DNA from: the human T2T-CHM13v2.0 reference genome, Homo sapiens
NCBI RefSeq assembly: GCF_009914755.1
Contig: NC_060936.1
Direction: 5' to 3' (one strand)
Length of the DNA stretch: 64,000 nucleotides
Part shown: in pieces, positions 61,725 to 64,000 of the stretch
How the letters are laid out: the number at the start of each line of letters is the position of its first letter
How positions within the stretch are numbered: the first letter of the stretch is position 1
The notes under the pieces: generated by a model
The model's input: the letters and a program-made list of their open reading frames with translations, nothing else
The model's database searches: none
Told to the model about the DNA's origin: nothing
Translations under genes and position numbers: made by a program

Positions 61725-64000
61725 AAAAATAGCTTAAATAAAAGTGTTAATGAAGGCGATATTCATTTTTTTTGGAAGCTCTGATAACTTGTTTGTAAAA
61801 GTTTAAGAAATAAACTTGTGTCTTACAAATATAGGAATTGTCAAAAGTCTTCATATTTTTATGAGTCAAGGTCCCTTGAAGGTACAGCATCTTATGTTCC
61901 TTCACAATACTCTAGTTAGTGCCTTAACTAGTGGACTGGCTGATAATAGTATTTTCAATCCCAGGTGGATGGTATAGTTTCTCTGCAGTGGGAAAACCGT
62001 GTATCAGCCTAACTCTGCTTTGCGAGCATGGTTAATGACTCCAGCCTCCTTCTGCCTCTCTCTTTTCTCAGGGGAGGAGCCTGCCCCTTTATCAATACTG
62101 CTGAGCCTTTTGGCCTTGCTGTAGCTCCTAGTTGGCTCTGTCCTTCCTGGGGACCTTGCTTTGGCACTTTTACCCCTCTCTCACATGTTTTCTACCTTCC
62201 TTACTCAACACATCCTTTTCTCTCCTTCCCTCAGTTTGTAAATATTTTCAAATATCCACCAGTAAAAAAATAAACTAAACAAACAAAAAACAATAACAAA
62301 CCTACTGTAAGCCTCTGTCATTCTCACAAAACATCCTTCCAGCCAGACTCCTTAAGGGTAGAGTCTGCTCTCTTCCTCTTCTTTCCTCCCCTCTCATTCA
62401 CCCCTCACCCCACTTCATTCTGGATTTGGACCAGAGAAATCACTCTTGAGTTCATCACCAAGGACTTAATCTATAATTCCAATATGTAGTTTTCAGACCC
62501 TCCAAAGCATTTGACATTGCTGACACTAATCACAACTTCCTGAAACTCTGCTCTCTGGATTCTCAGGTGCTGCATTCTCCCAATTTTCCATCTCCCTCTC
62601 TGGTTTCCTATCCATAATTACCTTTCTATTTCCCTAGTCTATCCTTTAAGTAAATGATCTCTATTTGTTCTGGCTTAAAAGGCTTCTTATGATGTGGTCC
62701 AAGCTGACCTGTGCCCCTTCCCACCCAACCCTCTGGTCACACTGCATCACTGTGACTGCACGTGATGCATGCGGTGCTGCATGCTTTACACCTTTGCACA
62801 TGCGATTTTCTCCATTAGGAATAATCTTCCCCTGAAATCCCATTCCTACCATATCATTCTCTTCCCTCTCCTCCCCACTACTCACTGGCTCCCACACATG
62901 CAAATACATTTCCTTAAACTCTGTCCATTCTTCAGATCTCAGTTAAGCATCACTGCTTCCAGGAAACTTTTCCTGAACCCCAAGACTGGGTGATGTGCTT
63001 CAACCCCCTTCTAATTGATTATTCTTATTGTAATGCTTACCATGTTGGTTGTTAAGGACAATTTACTTGCTTGTTTGAAGCCTCCATTACGACATAAGCT
63101 TCTTAAGGCAACAATTTTGTTTTGTTCATCTGATATCCCGGGCACCTAGCACAGTGCCTGAAATCAAGCAATCAATCAATAATGGTGCTTTCAGATTTCA
63201 TTCATCCATTAGACTACTATGCAACCACTAATAATAATGTTGCAGAATAATTTTTATACAATGGAAAGGTGTTCGCACTACATTGGAACATATATAACAC
63301 AACATTACAAAATATTCATTGTATACATCAAAATATCATTGGAAAATAGGGACTCCCCTTGGCAGAGGTGATTATGGATGATGTTTATTGTCTTCTTTTT
63401 GCTTCTCTCTCTCCTTTAATCTGCTATAATGAACTACAATGAACACATATAACTTTTGTAACAAAAAAATTGTTCAAGAAATATGTTTTGGTCAAGGTAC
63501 AAACCTAATGAAAATTAAGCATTTAGCACCAAGTACCATTTCCAGCAGATAGTATGTGCTCAGTAAATGTTAGCTCCTTTTCAAATATTTGAAGAAAAAC
63601 TAGTGGACAGTGCTGTGGAAAAAAAGACTAACACACAGGTTATTAGAAATAGGAAACTGCAGAGCAAGCTGGTTAGATGAAGATTTGGGATCTAGAGGAT
63701 CCAGGCCTGAATCTTGGCATTACTATTTCTTAGTTGTCTGATCTTAGAAGTTATCCAAGCTCTTAGACTTCATGCCTTATCTGCAAAATGGAGGTAGGCT
63801 ATTTTCCCTATATATTTGAAATAATGAAATGAAATCAAATATATATAGTATTAAACAGTGCCTGGCACACAACAGTCATGCACTAAATGGTAGTACAGTT
63901 GCTGTTATTTCTTACATCTTACTTTATCTTTACTACTTATTTTACTTTAGTTTCTTTATCTTTGTCAGTTTGATCAATTTGTTTTTATGACCTTTTTTTC

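Noticed and set aside
63905-64000. Pyrimidine-rich end, possibly the next exon's acceptor tract
   Set aside because: The exon itself would lie outside the window; cannot be supported

Overview
Primate (very probably human) genomic DNA, AT-rich and repeat-dense. It holds an internal 64-kb part of one large + strand multi-exon gene, which I recognise from the translation as CFAP54 (ciliary central-apparatus protein). I traced 15 coding exons by hand (675-762 through 60046-60172). All have AG/GT boundaries and splice into one open reading frame of 1968 nt (~656 codons). No start or stop codon of the gene lies in the window. The introns carry about 14 Alus, MaLR/ERVL/ERV1 solo LTRs, L2, MIR, hAT and Tigger fossils and several L1s. 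The main element is a full-length antisense L1PA3-like LINE-1 (39688-45860, 13-bp TSD). Both its ORFs are dead, but it keeps the 129-bp ZNF93-target segment, an intact YY1 site and an altered ORF0, and its antisense promoter points at the downstream CFAP54 exons. There is also a twin-primed inverted L1 and two hairpins/palindromes that look like template-switch products. I see no evidence of a wholly new biological system. The most testable idea is L1-driven 'gene breaking' or ORF0-CFAP54 chimeric transcription. Repeat subfamily names are by eye and need RepeatMasker/Dfam confirmation.
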